Assembly: GCA_965228775.1 (NCBI GenBank)
Contig: OZ245840.1
Location: 376,941-440,940, forward strand
DNA: 64,000 bases
Reading direction: 5' to 3'
DNA from: Alphaproteobacteria bacterium
Lineage (GTDB): Bacteria > Pseudomonadota > Alphaproteobacteria > JANQMY01
Every line of letters starts with the position of its first letter. Within the stretch, counting starts at the first letter, position 1. The notes beneath the pieces were generated by a model. It did no database searches. It was not told where the DNA came from and worked only from the letters and a program-made list of their open reading frames with translations. The position numbers and the translations under genes are program-made. Below, one piece after another: positions 1 through 9,834 of the stretch.

Positions 1-2264
1 GAGATCTGTCCCGTCGCTGCCTTCCCTGCAGGCTTTGTCCATCCCATTTCCTGGATATCCAGCGTAGCACCGGTGAAATCTGCCTCGAGCATGGCTGAAT
101 CGATATCTTGCCCTTGCCCACGCAACGTTAGCTGAACATCAGCATCAGACATGAGGTAACGCGACAGGTCGGCACCAAATGTCTTTGCATCCGCTCCATC
201 AAGTTTGGCCGCCACCTTAATCTCTGTGGGCAGCGCAACCGCCTCAAACTCTTCGCGCCACGAAACATTCGCTTCTACTGTGCCGATATTCAGCGCACCG
301 ATGGCATCAAGATATGTATTCGTCACGACGATTTCCGCATCGCCACCATCGATTCCCACATCATTCAATACATTAGGTATTTGCAGATTGGTAAGCTGCG
401 CCCGCCCGTCAAAGCCCACATCTTTAAAGGCGAGATCCCGGAGAAGCGGCAAGGAGACCTTCAACCGCAACTGAGTACTCCCACCAACCAATTGAGGGTC
501 AACGCCGAATTCGCTCGGATAGCCCAATGGATCCAGGTCTAGGATTCTCAACAACTCCTTTGTTTCACCGGTAAGCGTAACGGAAATATCACCCAGAGAA
601 GGCCGGCGATGAAGCTGGGTGATAAAGACCCGCCCATTGCTGACTTTCATGCCGCCCGTCGCCCCACCGGTCATGGTGAGTTCAAAACTGTCACCGTAAA
701 GAGTGGCTTTACCTTTACCGTTTCGGACAGGCGGCAGACCGTTGATGTATTTCACCGAAATGCCCGAATAAGAGAAATCAAACCGCAGGGCGTCGTCCGG
801 CAGTTTGGGGCTGTCTAGTGCCCCTTGAGGAATGTCGACGCGCAGTTTACCGTCATAGAGCTGGCCATTCTCCAAATTGGCGACGATCCAGTCATGGGCC
901 CCGTTTGCAACTTCAATCGGCCAGAGAGACGGAAACAGATCCACATCGAATTTTTGGAACGTTCCGTCCAGCTTAATGGGCGGCGAACGACTTCCAAACT
1001 GCTCTACCTCACCGGAAACCTGAAAACTGCTGTCTCCTCTGCGCAGCAAAGCTGATTCTATCTCCAAACGGTCTGAAACCGCCGTCCATCGGCCTCGTAG
1101 CGCGAGAAGGTCGACCTTGCCATTTTCGGTGAAGACATTCGGTAAATTGAGCTTTATGTCCGAAATTTCCACGTCGAAGTAGGACGCTCTCAAGCCACCT
1201 TGCTTGGCGAAAGAAAGATCCACTGTTCCGACAGCGGCCATGGCCCCCTCTTCGGCCGTCAGGTCCAGTCGATCGATCAAGACCCGGCCGGTGGAGGCAT
1301 CGTACTCTACATGGGCGACCGCCTGGCTCACCGTGAGTGCATCACCGTTTAACAGCGGTGGCTCAATCGTTCCATCGCGTGCGGAGAGTTCGGCGGCAGC
1401 CGACACCAGCTCGCCGTCGGCCGACATAGCCAGTTCGAAGCTTCCGGAGAGAGGCAGATTTATCCCCTTAAAACCTCCAAATCCGTCTCCGACGCTTTGA
1501 AGTTTGGAAAGCACCACATCTTCAAGCTGACCTTCGATGTCCAAAAATTGGCCATCTGGATCCAAGAATCCGGAAACATCTATTTGCCAAGGAGCATCGC
1601 CAAAATCGAGTGCCGCAGAAACATAACCAGCAATACCGCCTTCTTGCCGCCTCACGCCAAGAAGCGCGTTAGGCGCCCGCCAATAAGTCTGGCTCGGCTG
1701 ATCGAAGAAAATCAGTTTGGCGTCGCTGATCTCAAATTCGCGTAAGTAAGTAGCTGGCCGGTCCGGTTCCGGTGCTTCGGAAAACACATCCACAATCTCT
1801 TCAAGAATGGGCTTCTCTTGATCTGACTGGGATATTTCCTGATCGTCTCCGCCAACCCCCACATTGAAGGATCCATCATTCTTGCGGATGATGGTTGCCG
1901 ACGGGCCAATGAGCGATATGCGGGTCGGCGCGACGACCCCTCGTGTGAGACCGATAGCACTAAGCGCCACTTCCATTTCCGGCACACGCGCAACAGTGCT
2001 GCCTTTGCCGGAAGCAAGCACGACATTGATCAGCCTTAACTGAAGGTCGCGATCATCCGCCGACCAGCGTAGGACAAGATCGCCAACGGTGACATCCAGA
2101 CCTTCTAGGGTCTCATCGAGTGTTTGTTCGACATAAGACGTCAGCGGCCCAAGAGAAATTGGACCTGACATGAGCCGGAAAGCAAGGCCCGCCACAAGCA
2201 AGACTGCAACCAAACTAAACGCTGCCAGAGCACGCTTGACCCACTTTGAGGCAACCAATCTCAC
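1..2264 (-). CDS. AsmA-family / YhdP-like (DUF3971-type) large envelope protein. Only the N-terminal ~750 aa are present; the gene continues past the left edge.
   Basis: The ORF track omits it because there is no stop inside the window. My minus-strand translation from GTG 2264 (31 codons upstream of ATG 2171) to position 1 has no stop: VRLVASKWVKRALAAFSLVAVLLVAGLAFRLMSGPISLGPLTSYVEQTLDE... This gives one N-terminal TM anchor followed by a long soluble region (...WPIEVANGAHDWIVANLENGQLYDGKLRVDIP...). The family call is from memory of similar alphaproteobacterial proteins. Confidence 0.6.
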   Translation of the reverse strand, partial: MRLVASKWVKRALAAFSLVAVLLVAGLAFRLMSGPISLGPLTSYVEQTLDETLEGLDVTVGDLVLRWSADDRDLQLRLINVVLASGKGSTVARVPEMEVALSAIGLTRGVVAPTRISLIGPSATIIRKNDGSFNVGVGGDDQEISQSDQEKPILEEIVDVFSEAPEPDRPATYLREFEISDAKLIFFDQPSQTYWRAPNALLGVRRQEGGIAGYVSAALDFGDAPWQIDVSGFLDPDGQFLDIEGQLEDVVLSKLQSVGDGFGGFKGINLPLSGSFELAMSADGELVSAAAELSARDGTIEPPLLNGDALTVSQAVAHVEYDASTGRVLIDRLDLTAEEGAMAAVGTVDLSFAKQGGLRASYFDVEISDIKLNLPNVFTENGKVDLLALRGRWTAVSDRLEIESALLRRGDSSFQVSGEVEQFGSRSPPIKLDGTFQKFDVDLFPSLWPIEVANGAHDWIVANLENGQLYDGKLRVDIPQGALDSPKLPDDALRFDFSYSGISVKYINGLPPVRNGKGKATLYGDSFELTMTGGATGGMKVSNGRVFITQLHRRPSLGDISVTLTGETKELLRILDLDPLGYPSEFGVDPQLVGGSTQLRLKVSLPLLRDLAFKDVGFDGRAQLTNLQIPNVLNDVGIDGGDAEIVVTNTYLDAIGALNIGTVEANVSWREEFEAVALPTEIKVAAKLDGADAKTFGADLSRYLMSDADVQLTLRGQGQDIDSAMLEADFTGATLDIQEMGWTKPAGKAATGQI

Positions 2265-2506
2265 AAATCCACAATGCCCCTTGCATCGGCAATGACACCA
2301 CGAGGCCCATTGCCTCGCGCAATTTCCACTAGCTGTCTGACGGCTCTCTTCTTTACTTCTGACTCTGGATTATCGGCACGAAAATTCTTGTGTCGAATAA
2401 ATTTGGGATTTGACCTAAATGCTCTATCTCACATCCAAAGCGGTTTTGGTTTCTTTTGTCTTTCTGACAAATCCCGCCCCCAAATCAGGAGAGGAGGCTA
2501 TTTAGC

Positions 2507-2977
2507 ATGGCGAAACAAATTGAAGAAGGTTCTAAGGCACCCGCCTTCAGCCTTCCCACGGACACGGGCGACAAAATCGCTCTGAAAGACCTGAAGGGTC
2601 AAAATGTTGTTCTTTACTTCTACCCCAAAGACGATACGCCCGGATGCACCAAAGAAGCCATCGGCTTTACGGAGAAGCTCAAAGATTTCAAAAAACTAAA
2701 CACCGTTGTTATAGGGGTGTCGAAAGATACGGTCGAAAAACACGGCAAATTCCGTGCGAAACATGACCTTGGGATCGTCCTCGGTTCTGATGCTGAAAGT
2801 GAAATTGTCGAAAAGTATGGGTCATGGGTCGAGAAAAACATGTATGGCAAGAAATACATGGGCATTGAGCGGTCAACGTTCCTCATCGATGGAGCTGGCA
2901 AAATCAACAAGATCTGGCGAAAAGTTAAGGTGCCAGGTCATGTAGACGCTGTTCTGGCCGCTGTGAAAGACATTTAA
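2507..2977 (+). CDS. bcp: thioredoxin-dependent thiol peroxidase (peroxiredoxin Bcp/PrxQ)
   Basis: 156 aa. Carries the peroxidatic-Cys motif YFYPKDDTPGCTKEA. A purine-rich SD (aggagaggagg) lies just upstream of the ATG. Confidence 0.93.
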   Translation: MAKQIEEGSKAPAFSLPTDTGDKIALKDLKGQNVVLYFYPKDDTPGCTKEAIGFTEKLKDFKKLNTVVIGVSKDTVEKHGKFRAKHDLGIVLGSDAESEIVEKYGSWVEKNMYGKKYMGIERSTFLIDGAGKINKIWRKVKVPGHVDAVLAAVKDI

Positions 2978-3006
2978 ACAGCTCTTCTGAAAGCAAACTT
3001 AAATAC

Positions 3007-3825
3007 ATGAAAACGGCGTCCAATTTCGATTCTCTGAGTGCGGGCGCCGCCCTTGTGCTGACAACCGCAGACACACGACAAAAAGCTGAGCTCGCGGGGC
3101 TGGTGGCTAATCGATGGCGAACTCCACCCAAACTGCCTTTGGGGGACGTTATGCCGCCGGAGCGTCCGGCACGGCCAGTTAAACCACCCCTGCTACCCCC
3201 TCGGGATATGCCGAAGCGGCGAATGGGGGGCAAGGCCGGACGCGTGGCACTTCTGCATGCCATCGCCCATATCGAGCTCAACGCCATCGATCTTGCTTTC
3301 GACCTGATAGGGCGCTTCCTCCCCCGGTTAGCTGATACCGACCAAGAAGATTTTGCTTCGGATTGGATTCGGGTCGGTTCAGAAGAGGCTAAGCACTTTC
3401 TCATGCTGGAACGATGCCTGGAAAAATATGAGGCATCCTATGGCGACCTGCCCGCTCATGACGGTCTATGGGAAGCCGCGCAAGCCACACAGTCGGACTT
3501 GCTCGGCCGTCTTGCGGTCGTTCCCATGGTCCTTGAGGCAAGGGGGCTGGATGTGACGCCCAAGATGATTGGCCAATTTGAGAAAGCTGGCGATGAAGAA
3601 GCCGCTGCTGCTCTTCAAACAATCTATCAAGATGAAATCGGCCATGTTGAGATCGGAACGAAGTGGTTCCGAAGGCTTTGTAAAGAAGGGAACAAAGAGC
3701 CCGTCACAACCTTCAAGAGCCTTGTTTCTCAATACTTTAAAGGAAGTCTGAAGCCCCCGTTCAACGACACTGCCCGGTCCCAGGCAGGCCTTTTACCCCA
3801 ATTTTACCAAAACTCGATTGACTAG
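3007..3825 (+). CDS. ferritin-like DUF455 family protein
   Basis: 272 aa. Helical di-metal-type motifs (ALLHAIAHIELNAIDLAFD, EEAKHF, QDEIGHVEIG) are typical of DUF455. Confidence 0.75.
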   Translation: MKTASNFDSLSAGAALVLTTADTRQKAELAGLVANRWRTPPKLPLGDVMPPERPARPVKPPLLPPRDMPKRRMGGKAGRVALLHAIAHIELNAIDLAFDLIGRFLPRLADTDQEDFASDWIRVGSEEAKHFLMLERCLEKYEASYGDLPAHDGLWEAAQATQSDLLGRLAVVPMVLEARGLDVTPKMIGQFEKAGDEEAAAALQTIYQDEIGHVEIGTKWFRRLCKEGNKEPVTTFKSLVSQYFKGSLKPPFNDTARSQAGLLPQFYQNSID

Positions 3826-3945
3826 ATTTCGGCTTCATTGACCGCGATTGCCTAAAACTAAGGTCCAGAGCCGGTTAAGTGCGACTAAGTGCTTGCAATT
3901 TCGACAAGGATTAGGTGGAATGCCATTTGCGTGGGGCGTTAAAAA

Positions 3946-5349
3946 GTGAATCGAGGGAAGCTTCCTATGACCACAAGGATTGTGGCCGGCGTTAGGGACT
4001 TTTTCCAGAGGTATTTCCCGGAGCGTCAGCTGTACCATCGGTGTCATGGTTCAGTTCAATTTATGACGTTATCGGCACCCGTTCAGGTTAGCCTTTTGGT
4101 GGTGTCATTAGGCTTTCTATGCTGGGTAGCGTTTGCCTCTGTAAATGTAGTCTTTAAAGACCAGATTATAGCGGCAAAAGAGGAACGATTTAACTCAATG
4201 GAGGCCGCGTTTCAGGGCAAACTCTCTGAAATGCAATCAGCCTACGACGATTTGAATGCGTCCCTGGTTTTAACCCAAGAGAAATTCGCAGACGCAACCT
4301 CAGAGCTTGAGGCGAAACATCTGCAACTCTCCCAAATCATTGCACATCAGCAGACAATACAGAATGGCATTGAAGACATGCGCCGCAAGCTTGCGGCCAT
4401 GGGGCAAGCCACGAAACAGTTTGCTGCTCTGGACGAGAAGACCGGCAATTCATCCAACAAGCTGCTGATGAGCGTGACCGAGCTGGAAGTCTCACCACGC
4501 CAGTCTAAAGTACAAGGGTCATTCCTGGGCGGTGCATTGGCGACAGTCACAGCGGCCGTTCAGAGTGCTCGCACCTCCGAAGATGATTCGGAAATCGCGA
4601 CCGCCTTAGGCGCGGAAACGCAGCGCATCGATTTGCGTTTGTCGAGCCTGACAGCAGCACAGAAAGAGTTTGTTAACTCGCTGGAAGAAAACACGGTCCA
4701 GACCGTCAACGAACTGGAATCGATTATGGCGGTCACTGGCCTGGATGTAGGCCAGCTTGTGGAGCGTACCGCATCGGCACCGGCCAATCGCGGCACTGGG
4801 GGGCCGGTCATCAGCCTTGCCGACATGGACCGGCTCACGGATGCCGAATATGAGGACAGCGATTTCGGTAAACAGGTATACCGCCTGGTGCGGCATCTCG
4901 ATCGTCTGTCCACTTTGCACAATGCTCTGACAGCGATGCCGCTGATAACGCCGATTGATCCCAATTCGCGCATCTCTAGCCCATTTGGACGCCGGTACGA
5001 CCCAATTACAAAACGCCCAGCGTTCCACTCTGGCATCGATTTGGTGGGGCCATACAAAACCCCCGTGCTGGCAACAGCTCCGGGGAAGGTCACATTCGCC
5101 GGCCGCCGTGGTCCATATGGCCGTTTGGTCGAAGTTGACCATGGGGGTGGATTTAAGACCAGATACGGCCACCTCTATCGCATTTCTGTTAAGAAGGGCG
5201 AGTATGTAGACTTGCAGCAGCAGGTGGGGCTGCTTGGATCATCAGGCAGAAGTACTGGGCCCCATGTCCATTACGAAGTTTGGTACAATGGGAAACTGAG
5301 AAACCCAGGCAAGTTTTTCGAGGCAGGTCGTTATGTTTTCAAAAAATAA
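3946..5349 (+). CDS. membrane-anchored M23 (LytM-type) peptidoglycan endopeptidase with a coiled coil, LmdC-like architecture
   Basis: 467 aa. It has a short cytoplasmic N-terminus, one TM (VQVSLLVVSLGFLCWVAFASV) and a Gln/Leu/Glu-rich coiled region. The C-terminal M23 domain keeps intact Zn ligands (PAFHSGIDL, GHL, HVHYEV). The start may be GTG 3946 or ATG 3967. Confidence 0.9.
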   Translation: MNRGKLPMTTRIVAGVRDFFQRYFPERQLYHRCHGSVQFMTLSAPVQVSLLVVSLGFLCWVAFASVNVVFKDQIIAAKEERFNSMEAAFQGKLSEMQSAYDDLNASLVLTQEKFADATSELEAKHLQLSQIIAHQQTIQNGIEDMRRKLAAMGQATKQFAALDEKTGNSSNKLLMSVTELEVSPRQSKVQGSFLGGALATVTAAVQSARTSEDDSEIATALGAETQRIDLRLSSLTAAQKEFVNSLEENTVQTVNELESIMAVTGLDVGQLVERTASAPANRGTGGPVISLADMDRLTDAEYEDSDFGKQVYRLVRHLDRLSTLHNALTAMPLITPIDPNSRISSPFGRRYDPITKRPAFHSGIDLVGPYKTPVLATAPGKVTFAGRRGPYGRLVEVDHGGGFKTRYGHLYRISVKKGEYVDLQQQVGLLGSSGRSTGPHVHYEVWYNGKLRNPGKFFEAGRYVFKK

Positions 5350-5917
5350 GAATAACAATAGTAACGCGAACAAAGCCGCCCCTGCGAATGCAGCGGCGAT
5401 CCCCTCAGCCAAGAAAGGCGGACGTGCAGCACCGTCTTTGATTTCGGTGGATGTTGTCTTAACCGGCAACATTACTGCGGGCGGAGACATGCAGGTGGAC
5501 GGTACCATCGAGGGGGATATCCACAGTAATTCCCTCACTGTCGGCGACAAGGCCTCTATCCAGGGGGAAATCGTTGCCGATGAAGTAATTGTCCGTGGCC
5601 GCATCATTGGCAGTATTCGGGCGCGCCGCGTCCAGCTTTGCAGCACATGCCACGTGGAAGGCAATATCCTTCACGAAGCCTTAGCGGTGGAGACCGGAGC
5701 ATTCTTCGAAGGCAATTGCCGTCATTCTTCCGACCCCATGTCCGAAGGAAAAAAAACAGCGGCGGCTAAACCGGCAAGCCGTGAATCGATTTTCACGCCC
5801 GCATCTGACTCAAAGGACGGTTCGGAAGCTTCCAAAGAAGCGGCGGGCATTAAGTCAACAAAGCCAAGCCCGGAAGCCCGCAAACCTCAACCGGCGGACG
5901 GCCCTAAAAAGCCATAG
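5333..5917 (+). CDS. bactofilin (polymer-forming cytoskeletal protein) with a Pro/Lys/Ala-rich C-terminal tail
   Basis: 194 aa. The repetitive beta-helix core is typical of DUF583/bactofilin: LTGNITAGGDMQVDGTIEGDIHSNSLTVGDKASIQGEIVADEVIVRGRIIGSIRARRVQL...VEGNILHEALAVETGAFFEGN. It overlaps the upstream M23 gene by 17 nt. Confidence 0.92.
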   Translation: MFSKNKNNNSNANKAAPANAAAIPSAKKGGRAAPSLISVDVVLTGNITAGGDMQVDGTIEGDIHSNSLTVGDKASIQGEIVADEVIVRGRIIGSIRARRVQLCSTCHVEGNILHEALAVETGAFFEGNCRHSSDPMSEGKKTAAAKPASRESIFTPASDSKDGSEASKEAAGIKSTKPSPEARKPQPADGPKKP

Positions 5918-5945
5918 TTCCCAAAGGCAAGTTACGATTTTTCTT

Positions 5946-5975
5946 AAAGGGCCGGCTTCAACGCCGGCCTTTTTG
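5946..5975. terminator. bidirectional intrinsic terminator between the bactofilin gene and prfB
   Basis: aaaGGGCCGGCttcaacGCCGGCCtttt. A 7-bp GC stem (5950-5956 / 5963-5969) is flanked by an A-run and a T-run, between convergent genes. Confidence 0.8.
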
Positions 5976-6001
5976 CTGGCGGGATAAAGGCCCCAACGAC
6001 A

Positions 6002-7130
6002 TTAGTCTAAATCAGCGACGTCTGCGGATTCACCCTGAACTCTGGCGGCCAGCGCAGCGGCCATAAAGTCATCCAAGTCTCCGTCCAGGACGTTTTGAGG
6101 GCTGGAACTTTCCGTACCCGTGCGCAGGTCTTTGACCATCTGATAGGGCTGCAGAACATAGGATCGGATCTGGTGTCCCCAGCCGATGTCGGTTTTGCTT
6201 TCCGCTTGGGCTTGAGCCGCCTCTTCTCTCTTTTGCAGTTCCGCCTCGTAGAGTCTGGACCGCAGCATATCCCAGGCCTGGGCACGGTTCTTATGCTGCG
6301 ACCTCTCATTTTGGCATTGCACGACGATGCCCGAAGGTTCATGCGTAAGGCGCACGGCGCTGTCCGTTTTATTCACGTGCTGACCGCCGGCCCCACTGGC
6401 ACGATAAGTATCCACACGAACGTCTTTTTCATTAATCTCGATACTGATTGTATCGTCCACCACGGGATACACCCAGACGCTGGCGAAACTCGTATGTCGG
6501 CGGGCATTTGAGTCGAACGGAGATATACGCACAAGGCGATGAACACCGGATTCGGTTTTCAGCCAACCATAGGCATTCGCTCCTTTGATCAAGAGCGTGG
6601 CGGATTTGATGCCGGCCTCTTCGCCGTCATTCTGCTCGATCAGTTCTACTTTGTGACCATGAGCATCCGACCAGCGCTTGTACATGCGAAGAAGCATGCT
6701 GGCCCAATCCTGGCTTTCCGTTCCCCCCGCGCCCGCATGGACTTCAAGGTAGGTGTCGTTGCCATCGGCCTCACCGGAGAGAAGCGTCTGAAGCTCCATC
6801 TTACCGGCCTTATCCCTTAGCGCGGCGATCGCGGCCTCGGCTTCTCCTACGACCTCTTCGTCACCTTCGGCATTCCCAAGCTCAATAAGCTCAACACTGT
6901 CATTGAGTTCGGTCTCAACCGCCAGATATTCTGAAATTGACGCGTCCAGCTGATTGCGTTCACGCATCAACGATTGAGCTTTTGCAGCGTCGTTCCAAAA
7001 ATCCGGCCCTTCGGAGAGAGCGTTTAACTCCTCAAGGCGCTTTTGGGCATTCTCCCAGTCAAAGATGCCTCCTCAGCAGTTCCAACGACTGCTTGATTTC
7101 ATCGACGATGTTCTGTGTTTCAGTACGCAT
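6002..7130 (-). CDS. prfB: peptide chain release factor 2, expressed through a programmed +1 frameshift (375 aa after recoding)
   Basis: The track shows only the 322-aa downstream frame. Frame 0 starts at ATG 7130 ([23 protein letters not shown]) and meets an in-frame TGA. After a +1 shift at CTT TGA C, the reading continues [40 protein letters not shown]... into the listed ORF. The ORF carries RF2 hallmarks (SPF tripeptide in RISPFDS, GGQ in SGAGGQHVN). Confidence 0.95.
7058..7073 (-). promoter_or_regulatory. prfB: prfB +1 frameshift (recoding) signal: internal SD-like AGGAGG followed by the CUU UGA C slippery/stop site
   Basis: The minus strand reads AGG AGG CAT CTT TGA C. AGGAGG is at 7073-7068 and CTTTGAC at 7064-7058. 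This matches the canonical E. coli-type element (SD-like sequence 3 nt before CUU UGA C). Confidence 0.9.
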
Positions 7131-7227
7131 AGCGAAGGACGTTAGGTTAGGCCGCGAAAAAGATCACGGACCCTAATTCACGATTCTCTCTGGGTAAAGC
7201 TGGCGAAGTTGGATGATCTTCTGCTGA

Positions 7228-9651
7228 CTAGTACAGGCCACCTGTCCCTGAACCAAGAGCACCGCCGCCATTGCTGCCGTCCGACGCTCCGATGACCTGC
7301 TGTGGGCCACCCGGTTCCGTGCCTGGCTTAAAGGCCTCTAGAATAACGGGGTAGTCGCCTGGCTGGGCCAAAAGGCCGGTCTTGGCGTTTACACGGACCA
7401 AACGAATTCCCGGAGGAATTCGGAATGGTATGGCTGGCTGCGTGCCAACCGCTTCCTTCATGAAATCCCGGAAGATTGGCGCCGCCACACGACCGCCGGT
7501 CTCCGCACGCCCCATTTTACGGGGATTGTCAAAACCGACATAGACGCCCACCGCGATGTCGGGGGCAAAACCAACGAACCAGGCGTCACGCTCTTCATTC
7601 GTCGTGCCTGTCTTTCCTGCAAGTGGCCGCCCTACGGCTCTGATCGAACCGCCGGTTCCCCGCTGAACAACGCCTTCCAGCATCGACACCACTTGATAGG
7701 CAGTGCCGGAATCGATCACCTCTTCGCGGATATCCGGGATTTCAGGCTCTTCCTGGTTCTGCCAGGAGGATGCATTACATTCGTCGCACGGTCTGTTGTC
7801 GTGCTTGAAAATGGTCTTGCCACGCCGGTCTTGAATTCGGTCAATCAAGGTTGGCGTGATGCGGCGTCCGCCGTTCACAAGCATTGCATAGGCCGCTGTC
7901 AGCTTCTGAAGCGTTGTCTCACCCGCCCCCAGCGCCATAGACAGTTGGAGCGGCATGTCATCGTTGATGCCGAAGCGTCGTGCCAACTCGACAATGGGCT
8001 CCATGCCGATATTCTGAGCCAGACGCACTGTCATCACGTTTCGGGATTTCTCAACACCCAAGCGCAGCGTGGAAGGACCGTAAAACTCGAGGCTATAGTT
8101 TTCCGGCTTCCAAAGATCGAGGCCGGGGCCCTGGTCCATTACAAATGGCGCATCAAGCACTAAGCTCGATGGCGTAAAGCCCTGGTCCAAAGCCGCCGCA
8201 TAAACAAACGGCTTGAAAGCGGAACCGGTTTGCCGGTCGGCTTGCGTGGTTCGGTTGAACTCACTTTCCTGAAAACTGAAGCCGCCCGCCATGGCCAGAA
8301 TACGCCCAGTATGCGGATCAAGCGCAATCAGGCCGCCATTAACCGCCGGAATTTGGCGAAGGGTATATAGGGGCTCGTCGCCATCACCAGCGTCCTCACC
8401 TTGTAGACGCTCGACGTAGACTACATCACCCTTTTTAAGTACGTCGCTCGGCTTGTTGACTTCACCGCCAACTTTTTCGCCTTTCAGCCAGGGCCGCGCC
8501 CATTCGATCTCTTCCATCGGAATACGGCCGGACTCACCGTCTTTGAGGCCGACCAATGCCGAATCCTCGCGCAACGCCAAGACGACACTCGCCTCCCATG
8601 GAGCAATATCGTTCGGTACACGGACGGCCTTAAGCTGTTCGAGCCAATTTTCGTCCGCCGCGATCTTAGCGACCGGGCCACGCCAGCCATGGCGCCGGTC
8701 ATAAGAGATCAACCCTTTGCGAAGCGCCCTATGCGCAATATTTTGAAGGTTGGTGTCCAGTGTCGTCCGGATCGAAAGACCGCCGTCATAGAGTTCATCT
8801 TCGCCATAAATATCGAAGACTTCTCGGCGCACTTCCTCAGCAAAGTATTCGGCTTCAACCACCTGAGCGCCATAGGCTCGCGGAAAGACCACCAGATCCT
8901 CAGCCTTCGCAGTCTCTACCTGTTCAGCCGAGATGTAACCATTTTCTGCCATGCGCGACAGAACCCAATCACGGCGGGCGATGGCCTGATCTTTGCGGCG
9001 GATCGGATGATAGTTGTTCGGAGCTTTCGGAAGCGCCGCGAGATAGGCAATCTCACCCAGCGTCAGTTGATCCAGTGACTTCTCGAAGTAGTTCAGCGCC
9101 GCTGCAGCGACCCCATACGAGGCGAACCCCAGATAGATTTCATTCAGATAGAGCTCAAGGATCTCGTCCTTAGAGAATGTCTGTTCAATCTTCAGAGCGA
9201 TCAGCGCTTCCTTGAGTTTCCGGTTGAGGGTGACTTCACTCGACAGCAGGAAGTTCTTCGCGACCTGCTGTGTAATCGTTGAGGCGCCTTCGAGCCGGCG
9301 GTTGTTCATGTAGTTCGAGACGTTTTCAACGGACGCTCTCAGAACACCCTGAACATCGATGCCGGGGTGGGAATAAAAGTTCTTGTCTTCAGCAGACAGG
9401 AAAGCCGCTTTCACCGCATCCGGGATAGAGGTAATCGGGACGAACAAACGGCGCTCTCTTGCATATTCCGCAATCAAGCTGCCGTCGCCTGCATGAACCC
9501 GTGTTGTCACGGGCGGCTGGTAGTCCGCCAGCTTGTCATAGTCCGGCAGTTCTTCATTCAGTTGCCAAAGATAATAGGCCCCGGCAATCGCCGCCCCCAC
9601 GGCCACTATCGTCAATGACGCAAAAACAAAAGCCGCAATTCTTATCAGCAT
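7228..9651 (-). CDS. mrcA: penicillin-binding protein 1A (bifunctional glycosyltransferase/transpeptidase)
   Basis: 807 aa. N-terminal TM. GT51 motifs are present (AFLSAEDKNFYSHPGID, GASTITQQVAKN, RKLKEA). The transpeptidase motifs are SAFKPF (SxxK) and KTGTT. It ends in a Gly-rich C-terminal tail. Confidence 0.95.
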   Translation of the reverse strand: MLIRIAAFVFASLTIVAVGAAIAGAYYLWQLNEELPDYDKLADYQPPVTTRVHAGDGSLIAEYARERRLFVPITSIPDAVKAAFLSAEDKNFYSHPGIDVQGVLRASVENVSNYMNNRRLEGASTITQQVAKNFLLSSEVTLNRKLKEALIALKIEQTFSKDEILELYLNEIYLGFASYGVAAAALNYFEKSLDQLTLGEIAYLAALPKAPNNYHPIRRKDQAIARRDWVLSRMAENGYISAEQVETAKAEDLVVFPRAYGAQVVEAEYFAEEVRREVFDIYGEDELYDGGLSIRTTLDTNLQNIAHRALRKGLISYDRRHGWRGPVAKIAADENWLEQLKAVRVPNDIAPWEASVVLALREDSALVGLKDGESGRIPMEEIEWARPWLKGEKVGGEVNKPSDVLKKGDVVYVERLQGEDAGDGDEPLYTLRQIPAVNGGLIALDPHTGRILAMAGGFSFQESEFNRTTQADRQTGSAFKPFVYAAALDQGFTPSSLVLDAPFVMDQGPGLDLWKPENYSLEFYGPSTLRLGVEKSRNVMTVRLAQNIGMEPIVELARRFGINDDMPLQLSMALGAGETTLQKLTAAYAMLVNGGRRITPTLIDRIQDRRGKTIFKHDNRPCDECNASSWQNQEEPEIPDIREEVIDSGTAYQVVSMLEGVVQRGTGGSIRAVGRPLAGKTGTTNEERDAWFVGFAPDIAVGVYVGFDNPRKMGRAETGGRVAAPIFRDFMKEAVGTQPAIPFRIPPGIRLVRVNAKTGLLAQPGDYPVILEAFKPGTEPGGPQQVIGASDGSNGGGALGSGTGGLY

Positions 9652-9834
9652 ACTCTCGGCCCTATATGATCCCCTTGGGAAGCGCGCCCCACGCCGACCC
9701 TAACCTCATGTGCTAACCGGCACTTTAACACCAGCTTCGTGGCAAAGCTGTCACGATATTCGGATTTTTCCAGGAAAAATCGAAGATTTGGTGGATTTAT
9801 TTGGTGAATGTGGCGCCGTAATGGCAGTTTTTTA

